Below are positions 45,510 to 54,240 of a stretch of DNA of 64,000 nt, in pieces. The DNA is from a virus (lineage: Duplodnaviria; Caudoviricetes). Under the pieces are notes generated by a model. That model did not search any database, was not told the DNA's origin, and worked only from the letters and a program-made list of their open reading frames with translations. Numbering within the stretch: the stretch's first letter is position 1; every line of letters starts with the position of its first letter. The stretch is from positions 1,058-65,057 of IMG/VR virus record IMGVR_UViG_3300030376_000575; one strand, given 5' to 3'. Both the position numbers and the translations under genes were made by a program.

Positions 45510-45749
45510 TTAACTTTCTAAGGTAATGAAGCCTACTTTTACGTCGTACTTAATATCAGCGGGAGTCATGACGGTAGGTTTAATACTTAATATTTCCTGA
45601 ACCGTTTGACCGCTATATAAATCGTGACGCTCAGCATTATGAGCAGCCCTAGCTATTTTACCAGTTTTAGTATACACAGCCTGAGCAGGTAAGCCACCTA
45701 AGTTAATTTTAGGAGCGTTAGCTTTAGATTTTTTAGTAGTTTTTGACAT
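45510..45749 (-). CDS. Small basic protein, NAERH/DIKYD family copy B
   Basis: Paralogue of 45047-45280 in convergent orientation. Confidence 0.85.
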   Translation of the reverse strand: MSKTTKKSKANAPKINLGGLPAQAVYTKTGKIARAAHNAERHDLYSGQTVQEILSIKPTVMTPADIKYDVKVGFITLES

Positions 45750-45819
45750 TTGATTATTACCTATTTAGGGTTAGTTAGTAGTAGTTAGTATTTATTACCC
45801 TATTAACAAATACAAATAT

Positions 45820-45848
45820 AGTGTACCTTAAAGTAAAGTATAAGTAAA
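45820..45848 (-). promoter_or_regulatory. Sigma70-type promoter (minus strand)
   Basis: On the minus strand: TTTACT-17 bp-TACACT. Confidence 0.65.
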
Positions 45849-46032
45849 GTTTTATTTACTTTTATTTACTTTTATTTTTGCTCAGTATGCCATTACTGGC
45901 GCTGGCTGTACTCTGTACTGCGTAATTTGGACCTCCTAGATCGGGTTCCAGGATGACCCCCCACCCCCCTTATACAGACACCATATACGCGTCAGCGTGT
46001 GTGTCGGTTTTAAAGACACGTACCAGTAAAAT

Positions 46033-46064
46033 TTTACTTTTCGACATTAGTGTAATACACTAAT
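46033..46064 (+). promoter_or_regulatory. Sigma70-type promoter with overlapping palindromic operator
   Basis: TTTACT-17 bp-TACACT; ATTAGTGTA-A-TACACTAAT inverted repeat covers the -10. Confidence 0.65.
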
Positions 46065-46132
46065 AGTCAGAAGTCTAAGTATAAAAAATATTTTGCAAAA
46101 TTTTTATAACACATAGGATCACTACCTGAGCC

Positions 46133-48298
46133 ATGGCAGAAGAAAAACCGACAAGAAACTATTCTCCTTCTCTAGCGAATTATCCTATTGATTTATTGAA
46201 GTACCCCCACACAGACGGTACAGACTACGAACTCAAGCCAGAACCAGTTGTGTCCCCTGGACAAATGGCGTGGTTCGGTACTCAAATATTACCTGGAGCA
46301 GCAGGAATAGACACAGCAGGCAAGATGCCTGGACCACCGTCCTATGAACAACCAATATCAGAGTTCATGTCTGGCGAACCAATGCCCAGTATGGCAGAAA
46401 ACATAGAGCGTGGTGGAATCGGTGGTTATTTTGGCGCTGCTATGCAAGGACTTGGTAATGTTGGGGATGCGATGTATGCTGCACCTTGGATGGCACCAAT
46501 AGCAGGCAGTCTCAAAACAATCAGCACCGCTGGAAAAGTTGCAAAAAATTTAATACCAACAGTACAGAAAACACAAAGATTACGCACCGACCGAAGCGGT
46601 GTAGAAAAAGCGATAGATCCTCCAGGTGGGATTGCTGGGTTTCTAGGCTCAGAAAGAACAGACATATTTTCATCCGGAAAGATAGACCCAGAAAAAATCA
46701 AAGTCGATGGACCACAAATACAACTTAACGCAGAAAGATTTATTATAGATAACCCACAATATACGAACCCAAACAAAAAATATTCGGTGGATCAGGTTGT
46801 AGAAAGTACCATAGCACAAGCTGGTAAAAAAGGAAGTGGACTAGAACAAACAGTCAAAGATCAATTCGCACGATACATTTCTCCTAATCTACGTGGTTCA
46901 AAAGCAACGCTTCAAGAAATCCTAGACGACATAGGTAAGAACAAACCGACAATAAGAGAAAACTACAGTTCTACAGACAATGTTACTGGTTACCAAAAAA
47001 ATTACCAAGGCGAAAAAGTCCCAGACCGAGATTCTGTGTATGCAAGACTTATGCCCTCTATTGGTGAACCAGCGGGAGGGGATGCTAGACTAAATATGAA
47101 CAGATACACAGAAAGAAGTTACTCTATAGACGACCCAACCAGTAGCGCAACTTGGAGAGATCCTGGGCATGTTGAAGTTAGTACCGGAAATTTATCAGCG
47201 AGAATGAAGGATATAAAACCAGAACAAGTGGCAGATCCCGCAAACGCAGAGAATCGTATATTCACTAGTCGCGCAGGATTGTACGATAACGACGGTGTAC
47301 CAACCTATGTCGCAGCAGAAGGGCAATCAGGTATATACGGTATGACAGATTCAGTAACAGAAGCACAAAAGAGTGTTCGTTCACAGATGATACGTCTTAA
47401 CGATGAACCTTCAGAATCTTTACAGACTTCTCTACGAAACATGATTAACGATCCAGAAGATATGCACATATCTTTACAAAACCCTGGACCATCTAGAATA
47501 GTACCAGATGAACAGAACGCTGGTACGCTCTTATATGAAGTAGATTCTATGCCCAGTTCCCAAAAATTTCTAGACACGCTTGCTAAAAATGGGTACGACA
47601 TAGAAGATTGGAACATGATTGCTAGAAACCATAAAATGGATTTACAGCAAAGAATGTTAACCACACTTCAGCAACATCTAGGTACTAAACCATTCGGTCC
47701 TAGAGTAAACCACATGAATTTACAGTTTAATGAATTTATGAATCGAACACAACAAGTCGTAGACGAACTTTCTACCTCGACTACTATGAATAGATTCTCT
47801 GGTGACGATTTAGCGTTTGACTTAGATTTAGCACGACACGACAGCTATGAAAAATATGGTCCAATGTATCAAGAAATGTTTAGCGCAGAAGATGCTACCT
47901 TCCCTAGAGATCTTGACACACCTTTCCTAAGAGAGTGGTTTCCACTACACATGAAAACATCAATCAATGATGCGGTAGAACAAGGCGCAGAAGTGATACG
48001 ATTCCCTATGAATGATGTTTCTATACAACCAGCAACTGGTGCAGAATTAAACAGCTCAACAGTTCAAGGACTAGGAAAAATTTATCCTAAAAAGACATAC
48101 GCAGGGATAAAACGTATCGAAGCAGAGTACGATATAAAACTTAACCCTGAACTAGTGACAGATGCACCTGAGTTTGGACACGGTGCAGACTTTTTAGAAA
48201 TAAAACTCACACCAGAAATTAAAAAAGCATTTAAAGTGTTGGTTTATAATCGTGGTGGTGCAGTTATTAAAAAACCCTTGATGAATCTTAGGTATTAA
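46133..48298 (+). CDS. Large putative virion-internal protein
   Basis: 721 aa; WFPLHMKTSINDAVEQGAEVIRFP C-terminal domain; ends YNRGGAVIKKPLMNLRY. Confidence 0.6.
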   Translation: MAEEKPTRNYSPSLANYPIDLLKYPHTDGTDYELKPEPVVSPGQMAWFGTQILPGAAGIDTAGKMPGPPSYEQPISEFMSGEPMPSMAENIERGGIGGYFGAAMQGLGNVGDAMYAAPWMAPIAGSLKTISTAGKVAKNLIPTVQKTQRLRTDRSGVEKAIDPPGGIAGFLGSERTDIFSSGKIDPEKIKVDGPQIQLNAERFIIDNPQYTNPNKKYSVDQVVESTIAQAGKKGSGLEQTVKDQFARYISPNLRGSKATLQEILDDIGKNKPTIRENYSSTDNVTGYQKNYQGEKVPDRDSVYARLMPSIGEPAGGDARLNMNRYTERSYSIDDPTSSATWRDPGHVEVSTGNLSARMKDIKPEQVADPANAENRIFTSRAGLYDNDGVPTYVAAEGQSGIYGMTDSVTEAQKSVRSQMIRLNDEPSESLQTSLRNMINDPEDMHISLQNPGPSRIVPDEQNAGTLLYEVDSMPSSQKFLDTLAKNGYDIEDWNMIARNHKMDLQQRMLTTLQQHLGTKPFGPRVNHMNLQFNEFMNRTQQVVDELSTSTTMNRFSGDDLAFDLDLARHDSYEKYGPMYQEMFSAEDATFPRDLDTPFLREWFPLHMKTSINDAVEQGAEVIRFPMNDVSIQPATGAELNSSTVQGLGKIYPKKTYAGIKRIEAEYDIKLNPELVTDAPEFGHGADFLEIKLTPEIKKAFKVLVYNRGGAVIKKPLMNLRY

Positions 48299-49825
48299 AT
48301 GACTGATAAATTTATGGAACATGCAGAGGAGATCCCTCTCGATGTTTTAAAAGAACACTTAGAACTTACCGAACGCTTAAAGCAACTTAAAGAAGTAGAA
48401 AAAGCGCAAACAGGTTTTTTACCTTTCGTCAAGAGTCAATGGCCATCGTTTATACAAGGTGCGCACCACAAAAAGATGGCAGATGCTTTTGATCGTATCG
48501 CAGATGGAAAAATAAAACGACTGATTATAAACATGCCTCCACGGCACACGAAGTCAGAGTTTGCGAGCCACATGTTTCCTGCGTATCTTGTAGGTCGTAA
48601 CCCTTCTCTCAAAATACTACAAGCCACACACACTGCTGACCTTGCGGTAAAGTTTGGTCGTAAGATTCGTGACTTAATGTTAACAGAAGATTTTCAAGAT
48701 GTGTTCGACAACGTACTTATAAACCCAGACTCAAAAGCAGCAGGTAAGTGGGAAACACAAGATAAACGCGACCCAAAACTTAAAGGCGAATATTATGCAG
48801 CAGGTGTGGGCGGTGCACTCGCTGGTCGTGGTGCAGATCTATTTATTATTGACGACCCACACTCAGAGCAAGACGCCATGAACCCTAAGTCTATGGAAGA
48901 TACTTATGAGTGGTACACTTCTGGACCAAGACAACGTCTTCAACCAGGAGGCGCAATCGTAATCGTAATGACAAGGTGGAACGTCAACGATCTTACAGGT
49001 AAGTTGCTCAAAGATGCAGCACGAGATCCGAAAGCAGATCAATGGGAAGTTATAGAACTACCAGCTATATTGCCGAGTGGTAAGCCACTTTGGCCAGAGT
49101 ACTGGCGAATAGAAGAACTCGAAAGTGTTAAAGCATCCTTGCGTGGTGGACCGAAATGGCACGCGCAGTATATGCAGAACCCCACCTCGGAAGAAGGCGC
49201 ACTTATCAAACGCGAGTGGTGGAAAGAATGGCCAAACAAAAACCCACCAGCTTGTGATTATATAATACAAAGTTATGATACCGCATTTTTAAAAAGCCAA
49301 TCAGCGGATTACTCGGCTATCACAACTTGGGGAGTATTTTATCCAGAAGGTAGATTAGGTGGGGATGAAATATACAGCGGTGATACACCCCACATTGTTT
49401 TACTCGACGTGGTGAAAGGTAGATACAACTTTCCTGAACTTAAAGGTGTAGCATTAAAACAATACGAACATTGGAACCCTGACGTGGTTATAATAGAAGG
49501 TAAAGCGTCAGGATTACCGCTCACCCAAGAACTGCGGAACATAGGTGTCCCAGTACAAAATTTTACGCCATCTCGCGGAAACGACAAAGTTGCAAGAGTA
49601 AATGCATCAGCACCTTTGTTTGAGTCGGGGATGGTTTGGTATCCCGATACAAACTGGGCGCACGATGTTATAGAAGAGTGTGCAGCTTTTCCAGCAGGGG
49701 ATCACGACGATTTAGTAGACTCTACAACCCAAGCTCTGTTACGTTTTAGGCAAGGAGGTTTTGTTAGATTGCCGAGTGATTATGAGGAAGAGGTTTTATA
49801 TCGTAAGAAAATGAGTTACTATTGA
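48299..49825 (+). CDS. terL: Terminase large subunit
   Basis: LIINMPPRHTKS, GRGADLFIIDDPHSEQ, VMTRW, QSYDTA, IEGKASG and HDDLVDS. Confidence 0.95.
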   Translation: MTDKFMEHAEEIPLDVLKEHLELTERLKQLKEVEKAQTGFLPFVKSQWPSFIQGAHHKKMADAFDRIADGKIKRLIINMPPRHTKSEFASHMFPAYLVGRNPSLKILQATHTADLAVKFGRKIRDLMLTEDFQDVFDNVLINPDSKAAGKWETQDKRDPKLKGEYYAAGVGGALAGRGADLFIIDDPHSEQDAMNPKSMEDTYEWYTSGPRQRLQPGGAIVIVMTRWNVNDLTGKLLKDAARDPKADQWEVIELPAILPSGKPLWPEYWRIEELESVKASLRGGPKWHAQYMQNPTSEEGALIKREWWKEWPNKNPPACDYIIQSYDTAFLKSQSADYSAITTWGVFYPEGRLGGDEIYSGDTPHIVLLDVVKGRYNFPELKGVALKQYEHWNPDVVIIEGKASGLPLTQELRNIGVPVQNFTPSRGNDKVARVNASAPLFESGMVWYPDTNWAHDVIEECAAFPAGDHDDLVDSTTQALLRFRQGGFVRLPSDYEEEVLYRKKMSYY

Positions 49826-49847
49826 TACATAAACAAAGGTTGATATT

Positions 49848-52241
49848 ATGGCGATTGAAGTTCAAAGATATGCGAACAAGGGAATAGACCCAGTAGAACA
49901 ACCGTCCCCAGAAGAATTAACGGTAGAATTACCAGAAGAACTGGATATTCAAGGGGAAACTACTGCGGAGTTTCAAGTTATGCCCGACGGTGCTATTATG
50001 GTGCCATCCGTAACAGAAGAAACTATAATAACAGAACACAATGTAAACCTAACAGAAGTGTTAGATGAATCTCAATTAGATTCTATTAGTTCAGAGTTAA
50101 TTTCTTCTTACGATGAAGACAAATCTTCTAGAGAAGATTGGCTTACCACATTTTCTGATGGACTAGATCTACTAGGTATACAAGCAGAAGAACGAGACCA
50201 ACCATTTCCAGGTGCGAGTGGTGTAACTCACCCAATTTTAAGTGAAGCAGCTACACAGTTTCAAGCACAAGCATACAAAGAACTCCTACCAGCAGGCGGT
50301 CCAGTCAAAACCCAGACCGTTGGTGCGGAAAATTCCGAAGTTATGGAACAATCTAAACGTGTCAAAGAGTTTATGAACTATCAAATCACGGAAGTTATGC
50401 AAGAATATGACCCAGATATGGATAGTTTGCTATTTTATCTCCCTTTAGCGGGATCTGCCTTCAAAAAAGTGTATTTTGACACACTTTTGAACCGTGCTAC
50501 CGCCAGTTTCGTCAAAGCTGAGGACTTAGTAGTCAGTTACGACACAACAAACATAGAAACTAGTCCTAGAACGACTCATTGTATCAATATGACAGGTAAT
50601 GACATCCGAAAAATGCAAATAAACGGTGTTTTTCGTGATATTCCGATAGGTGGTCCAGGAGAGATTGATTATAGTGATGCAAAAGACAAAATAGACGAAT
50701 TACAAGGGTTGAGTAAACCTTCTAGTGACTATAATGAGTATAAACTACTAGAAATACACGTAAATTTAGAATTAGAAGGTATAGATGAGTATGATTACGC
50801 TGTACCTTACATAGTAACTATCTTAGAAGATTCTGGTGAAATATTGTCTATGAGACGTAATTGGGAAGCAGGTGACGAACTTTTCCGTAAAAAAGAATAT
50901 TTCGTACACTATAAGTTCCTCCCAGGACTCGGTTTCTACGGTTTCGGTTTAATACACATGATAGGTGGTCTAACTAAATCAGCCACTTCTATATTAAGAC
51001 AACTTATCGACGCAGGCACACTAGCTAATCTACCAGCAGGATTTAAAGCACGTGGTATGAGAGTTCAAGGTGAAGACGAACCTTTGCGTCCTGGAGAATT
51101 TAGAGACGTTGATGTTCCAGGAGGAACTATCCGTGATGCGTTGATGCCTTTACCGTATAAAGAACCTAGTGCAGTATTGAGCCAACTACTCGGATTACTC
51201 ATAGATTCTGGTAGAAGGTTTGCGAGTATCGCAGATATGCAAGTAGGTGATATAGGTAGTCAACAACTTCCAGTAGGGACAACGGTAGCTATGTTGGAAA
51301 GAGGCACTAAAGTAATGTCGGCTATACACAAACGACTACACTTTGCTCAGAAAAAAGAGTTTAGATTACTTGCTAAAGTTTTTTCTAGATCACTCCCACC
51401 TATGTACCCTTATCAAGTAGCAGGCGCAGATCAGTCAATTAAACAATCAGACTTTGACGATAGGGTAGATATTATTCCTGTAAGTGATCCTAACATATTC
51501 AGTATGGCACAACGTGTGATGATTGCGCAACAAGAATTACAAATGGCACAATCAGCACCCGAAATACATAACCTACGCGAAGCGTACAAAAGAATGTACG
51601 AAGCGTTAGAAATTAAAAATATAGATCTACTGTTACCTGAAATACAAGAAGTTCCACCTCGTGATCCTATAAGTGAACAACAGGCAGCAATGATGGGACA
51701 ACCTATAAAAGCATTCGAGTTTCAAAACCATGAAGCCTATATAACTTCTCATTCAGCGTTTTTACAAAATCCAGTGCTTCAACAAAATCAAGTCGCAGCA
51801 ACTGCTATACAATCTAATATACAAGAACATCAAGCTATGATGTACAGGATTCAAATAGAACAAGCAATGGGACAACAATTACCACAAATGCAAGACAAAG
51901 CTCTGCCTCCAGAAATTATGAATCAGATAGCTCTCGCAGCAGCAACTGCTACGCAACAAGTTACTGGTCAAGCACAGGCAATGGCGCAAGCTATGCAAAA
52001 TGCTCAAGTAGATCCTATCGTAGAAATTAAGAAAGAAGAAATTGCACAAAAAGCTCAATCAGAGGCTTTACGAACCGAGGTAGATTTAGCTAGAATAGAA
52101 TCACAAGAAGCAATAGCTGAAATGAAAGTTGCACAAGATAGGGAAGAAGCTTCTATGAGAGCACAAAATGAATCTACTAAAACATATGGTCAGATATTGA
52201 AAGACGTACGAACAGCAGACACTAAAACTAAGGGATCTTGA
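49848..52241 (+). CDS. Portal protein (P22-like/podovirus type)
   Basis: 797 aa after TerL. SREDW, PFPGASGVTHPILSEAATQFQA, GSAFKKVY, GLGFYGFGL and Q-rich C-terminal barrel. Confidence 0.9.
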   Translation: MAIEVQRYANKGIDPVEQPSPEELTVELPEELDIQGETTAEFQVMPDGAIMVPSVTEETIITEHNVNLTEVLDESQLDSISSELISSYDEDKSSREDWLTTFSDGLDLLGIQAEERDQPFPGASGVTHPILSEAATQFQAQAYKELLPAGGPVKTQTVGAENSEVMEQSKRVKEFMNYQITEVMQEYDPDMDSLLFYLPLAGSAFKKVYFDTLLNRATASFVKAEDLVVSYDTTNIETSPRTTHCINMTGNDIRKMQINGVFRDIPIGGPGEIDYSDAKDKIDELQGLSKPSSDYNEYKLLEIHVNLELEGIDEYDYAVPYIVTILEDSGEILSMRRNWEAGDELFRKKEYFVHYKFLPGLGFYGFGLIHMIGGLTKSATSILRQLIDAGTLANLPAGFKARGMRVQGEDEPLRPGEFRDVDVPGGTIRDALMPLPYKEPSAVLSQLLGLLIDSGRRFASIADMQVGDIGSQQLPVGTTVAMLERGTKVMSAIHKRLHFAQKKEFRLLAKVFSRSLPPMYPYQVAGADQSIKQSDFDDRVDIIPVSDPNIFSMAQRVMIAQQELQMAQSAPEIHNLREAYKRMYEALEIKNIDLLLPEIQEVPPRDPISEQQAAMMGQPIKAFEFQNHEAYITSHSAFLQNPVLQQNQVAATAIQSNIQEHQAMMYRIQIEQAMGQQLPQMQDKALPPEIMNQIALAAATATQQVTGQAQAMAQAMQNAQVDPIVEIKKEEIAQKAQSEALRTEVDLARIESQEAIAEMKVAQDREEASMRAQNESTKTYGQILKDVRTADTKTKGS

Positions 52242-52242
52242 T

Positions 52243-52512
52243 ATGTATAAAAGAACGTATGAATATGGCGGTAAAGTCGAAAAGATGGGATATGGCGGTG
52301 CTGCTAAGAAAAAGAAAAAGAAAATGGCTGACGGTGGCGAATATCGTGAAGAAATGAAAGAAGGTGGTCGTCCTGGTCTTTGGGCAAACATCCACGCAAA
52401 GCGCAAACGTATAAAAGCAGGTAGCGGAGAAAAAATGCGTAAGAAAGGTGATAAAGGCGCACCGACCGAAGCTAATATAAAAAGAGCACAAAAAGGAACT
52501 AAAAATGCCTAA
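52243..52512 (+). CDS. Basic microprotein with repeated xxGG motifs
   Basis: YEYGG, MGYGG, MADGG and MKEGG, then GLWANIHAKRKRIKAGSGEKMRK. Confidence 0.7.
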   Translation: MYKRTYEYGGKVEKMGYGGAAKKKKKKMADGGEYREEMKEGGRPGLWANIHAKRKRIKAGSGEKMRKKGDKGAPTEANIKRAQKGTKNA

Positions 52513-52702
52513 AAGTAAATATTCAGCTAAACAGAAAAAATTAGCAGCAGTTGCAGAACCTAGAGACAGTATAACTGGTGCAGACTTCAAAGCAATGAAG
52601 AAGGAAAAATCCTTCAAAATAGGTGGCGCTGTATCTTCTGGTATGCATAGAGGATGCGGTGCTGTAATGGATGAAAGAAGAAAAAGAACTAAATACTCAT
52701 AG
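52505..52702 (+). CDS. Basic microprotein
   Basis: KQKKLAAVAEPRDSITGADF, FKIGG and RGCGAVM..RRKRTKY. Confidence 0.7.
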   Translation: MPKSKYSAKQKKLAAVAEPRDSITGADFKAMKKEKSFKIGGAVSSGMHRGCGAVMDERRKRTKYS

Positions 52703-52704
52703 GG

Positions 52705-52899
52705 GTGATTATGAAAGATACAACTAAATATAAAACAGTTAGTGTACCAGGACCAGATCGAATAAATCTTGCTAAACCTGTAACTTCTGGGACAGCTTTA
52801 TACAAAGATGTTTTTGGTAAAGGTCAAAGCACGGTACAGGGTGGCGGTGCTGCAACTAAAGGTTTAAAATACAATACGAGTTCAAGCGGTAAAAGATAG
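52705..52899 (+). CDS. Small basic protein
   Basis: 64 aa; RGGG-like VQGGGAATKG motif. Confidence 0.6.
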   Translation: MIMKDTTKYKTVSVPGPDRINLAKPVTSGTALYKDVFGKGQSTVQGGGAATKGLKYNTSSSGKR

Positions 52900-53297
52900 T
52901 GAGTGCTCCAGAAACGTTTGTTTATAACGCTACACTAGATAGAATTATTGATGGAGACACATTTGATTGTGTCATAGATTTAGGATTTGATGTGAGATTA
53001 CATAAACAACGAGTACGTTTAGCAGGAATCGACACCCCAGAATCTAGAATCAACACAAAAAGATACCCAGAACGAGCTCAAGAAAAGGTTATGGGTAAAG
53101 CAGCAAAAGAAAGATTAAAAGAACTTTGTACTGGTTCTTTCAAAGTTAAATCACTAGGTAAAGGCAAGTATGGTAGAATACTAGGTGTCCCATACACAGA
53201 AGACGGTGAAGATATCTGTGCTAAATTAATAGAAGAAGGGCATGCTGTAGAATATTGGGGTGGATCTAAAACTAAACTGTGGGGACAAGATGGCTGA
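52899..53297 (+). CDS. Thermonuclease (SNase-like) family protein
   Basis: RIIDGDT, RVRLAGIDTPES and KGKYGRILG. Confidence 0.85.
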   Translation: MSAPETFVYNATLDRIIDGDTFDCVIDLGFDVRLHKQRVRLAGIDTPESRINTKRYPERAQEKVMGKAAKERLKELCTGSFKVKSLGKGKYGRILGVPYTEDGEDICAKLIEEGHAVEYWGGSKTKLWGQDG

Positions 53298-53556
53298 GTA
53301 TCAAGGTAAAACAGTAAAATTAAACACACCGAGAGCACTCCGTAAAGGAGAAACTGGGCACGGTAAAAAACGTAAAGTCGTTTTTGTAAAAGACCCAAGC
53401 ACAGGCAGAGTTAAAAAAATTACATTTGGCGATGCTAACTTAGGTATGCACAAAGGTGACAAAGCACGCAAAAAATCATATTGCGCACGTAGTGCTGGAA
53501 TGGGAAGCGATAGAACTAAAGCTAACTATTGGGCACGCAGAGATTGGGGTTGTTAA
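53290..53556 (+). CDS. Conserved basic marine-phage protein
   Basis: KKRKVVFVK....KKITFGD...RKKSYCARS...KANYWARRDW. Confidence 0.7.
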   Translation: MAEYQGKTVKLNTPRALRKGETGHGKKRKVVFVKDPSTGRVKKITFGDANLGMHKGDKARKKSYCARSAGMGSDRTKANYWARRDWGC

Positions 53557-53789
53557 TGGATCCTATATATCTAATGGAAAAATTTTTAAAAGAACTCCGT
53601 CTAAGACAGTCTGATTTAGAAGAAGTTATAACGACTGGCGGTGTTCAAGATTGGGCAGCATATCAAAAAATTCTGGGGGAGTTAACAGGTCTGACTTCTG
53701 CAGAAAGAATATTATTAGACCTGCAAAAAAAGAGTAGTGAGGAAAGTAATGTCAGCAAAGCAAGTTTTGGGAACCAATCCCACAGGTAA
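53556..53789 (+). CDS. Conserved hypothetical head-region protein
   Basis: GGVQDWAAYQKILGELTGL motif. Confidence 0.65.
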   Translation: MDPIYLMEKFLKELRLRQSDLEEVITTGGVQDWAAYQKILGELTGLTSAERILLDLQKKSSEESNVSKASFGNQSHR

Positions 53790-54216
53790 GTCTATACCAA
53801 ATCATGTAGACAATTCCAAAAGTTTTAAAGAAAAAGAAACAATAATATCCCCTGAGTCTGTTCAAGAAGACGAAAGTTTAATGGAAAAACTACCGTCACC
53901 GACAGGTTACAGAATATTAATACTACCGTTTAGTCAGAAAGCTGTGACTAAAGGCGGTATAGCTTTAGCAGAATCCTATGTTGAAAAAGAAAGATTGTCG
54001 ACTAATGTAGGTTATGTTGTCGCTTTAGGTCCAGACGCATATAAAGATAAAAATAAATTCCCTAACGGTGCTTGGTGCCAAGAAAATGACTGGGTTATTT
54101 TCGGTAGATATGCTGGCGCAAGAATTAAAATAGAAGGTGGGGATTTACGTTTATTAAACGACGATGAAGTTTTAGCAGTTATAAACGATCCAGAAGATGT
54201 AACAACTCCCGTGTAA
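53749..54216 (+). CDS. groES: Co-chaperonin GroES-like
   Basis: PTGYRILILP, TKGGIAL, GYVVALGPDAY, DWVIFGRYAG and LLNDDEVLA. Confidence 0.88.
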   Translation: MSAKQVLGTNPTGKSIPNHVDNSKSFKEKETIISPESVQEDESLMEKLPSPTGYRILILPFSQKAVTKGGIALAESYVEKERLSTNVGYVVALGPDAYKDKNKFPNGAWCQENDWVIFGRYAGARIKIEGGDLRLLNDDEVLAVINDPEDVTTPV

Positions 54217-54240
54217 CCACGCAAACAAGAGGACAGTATC

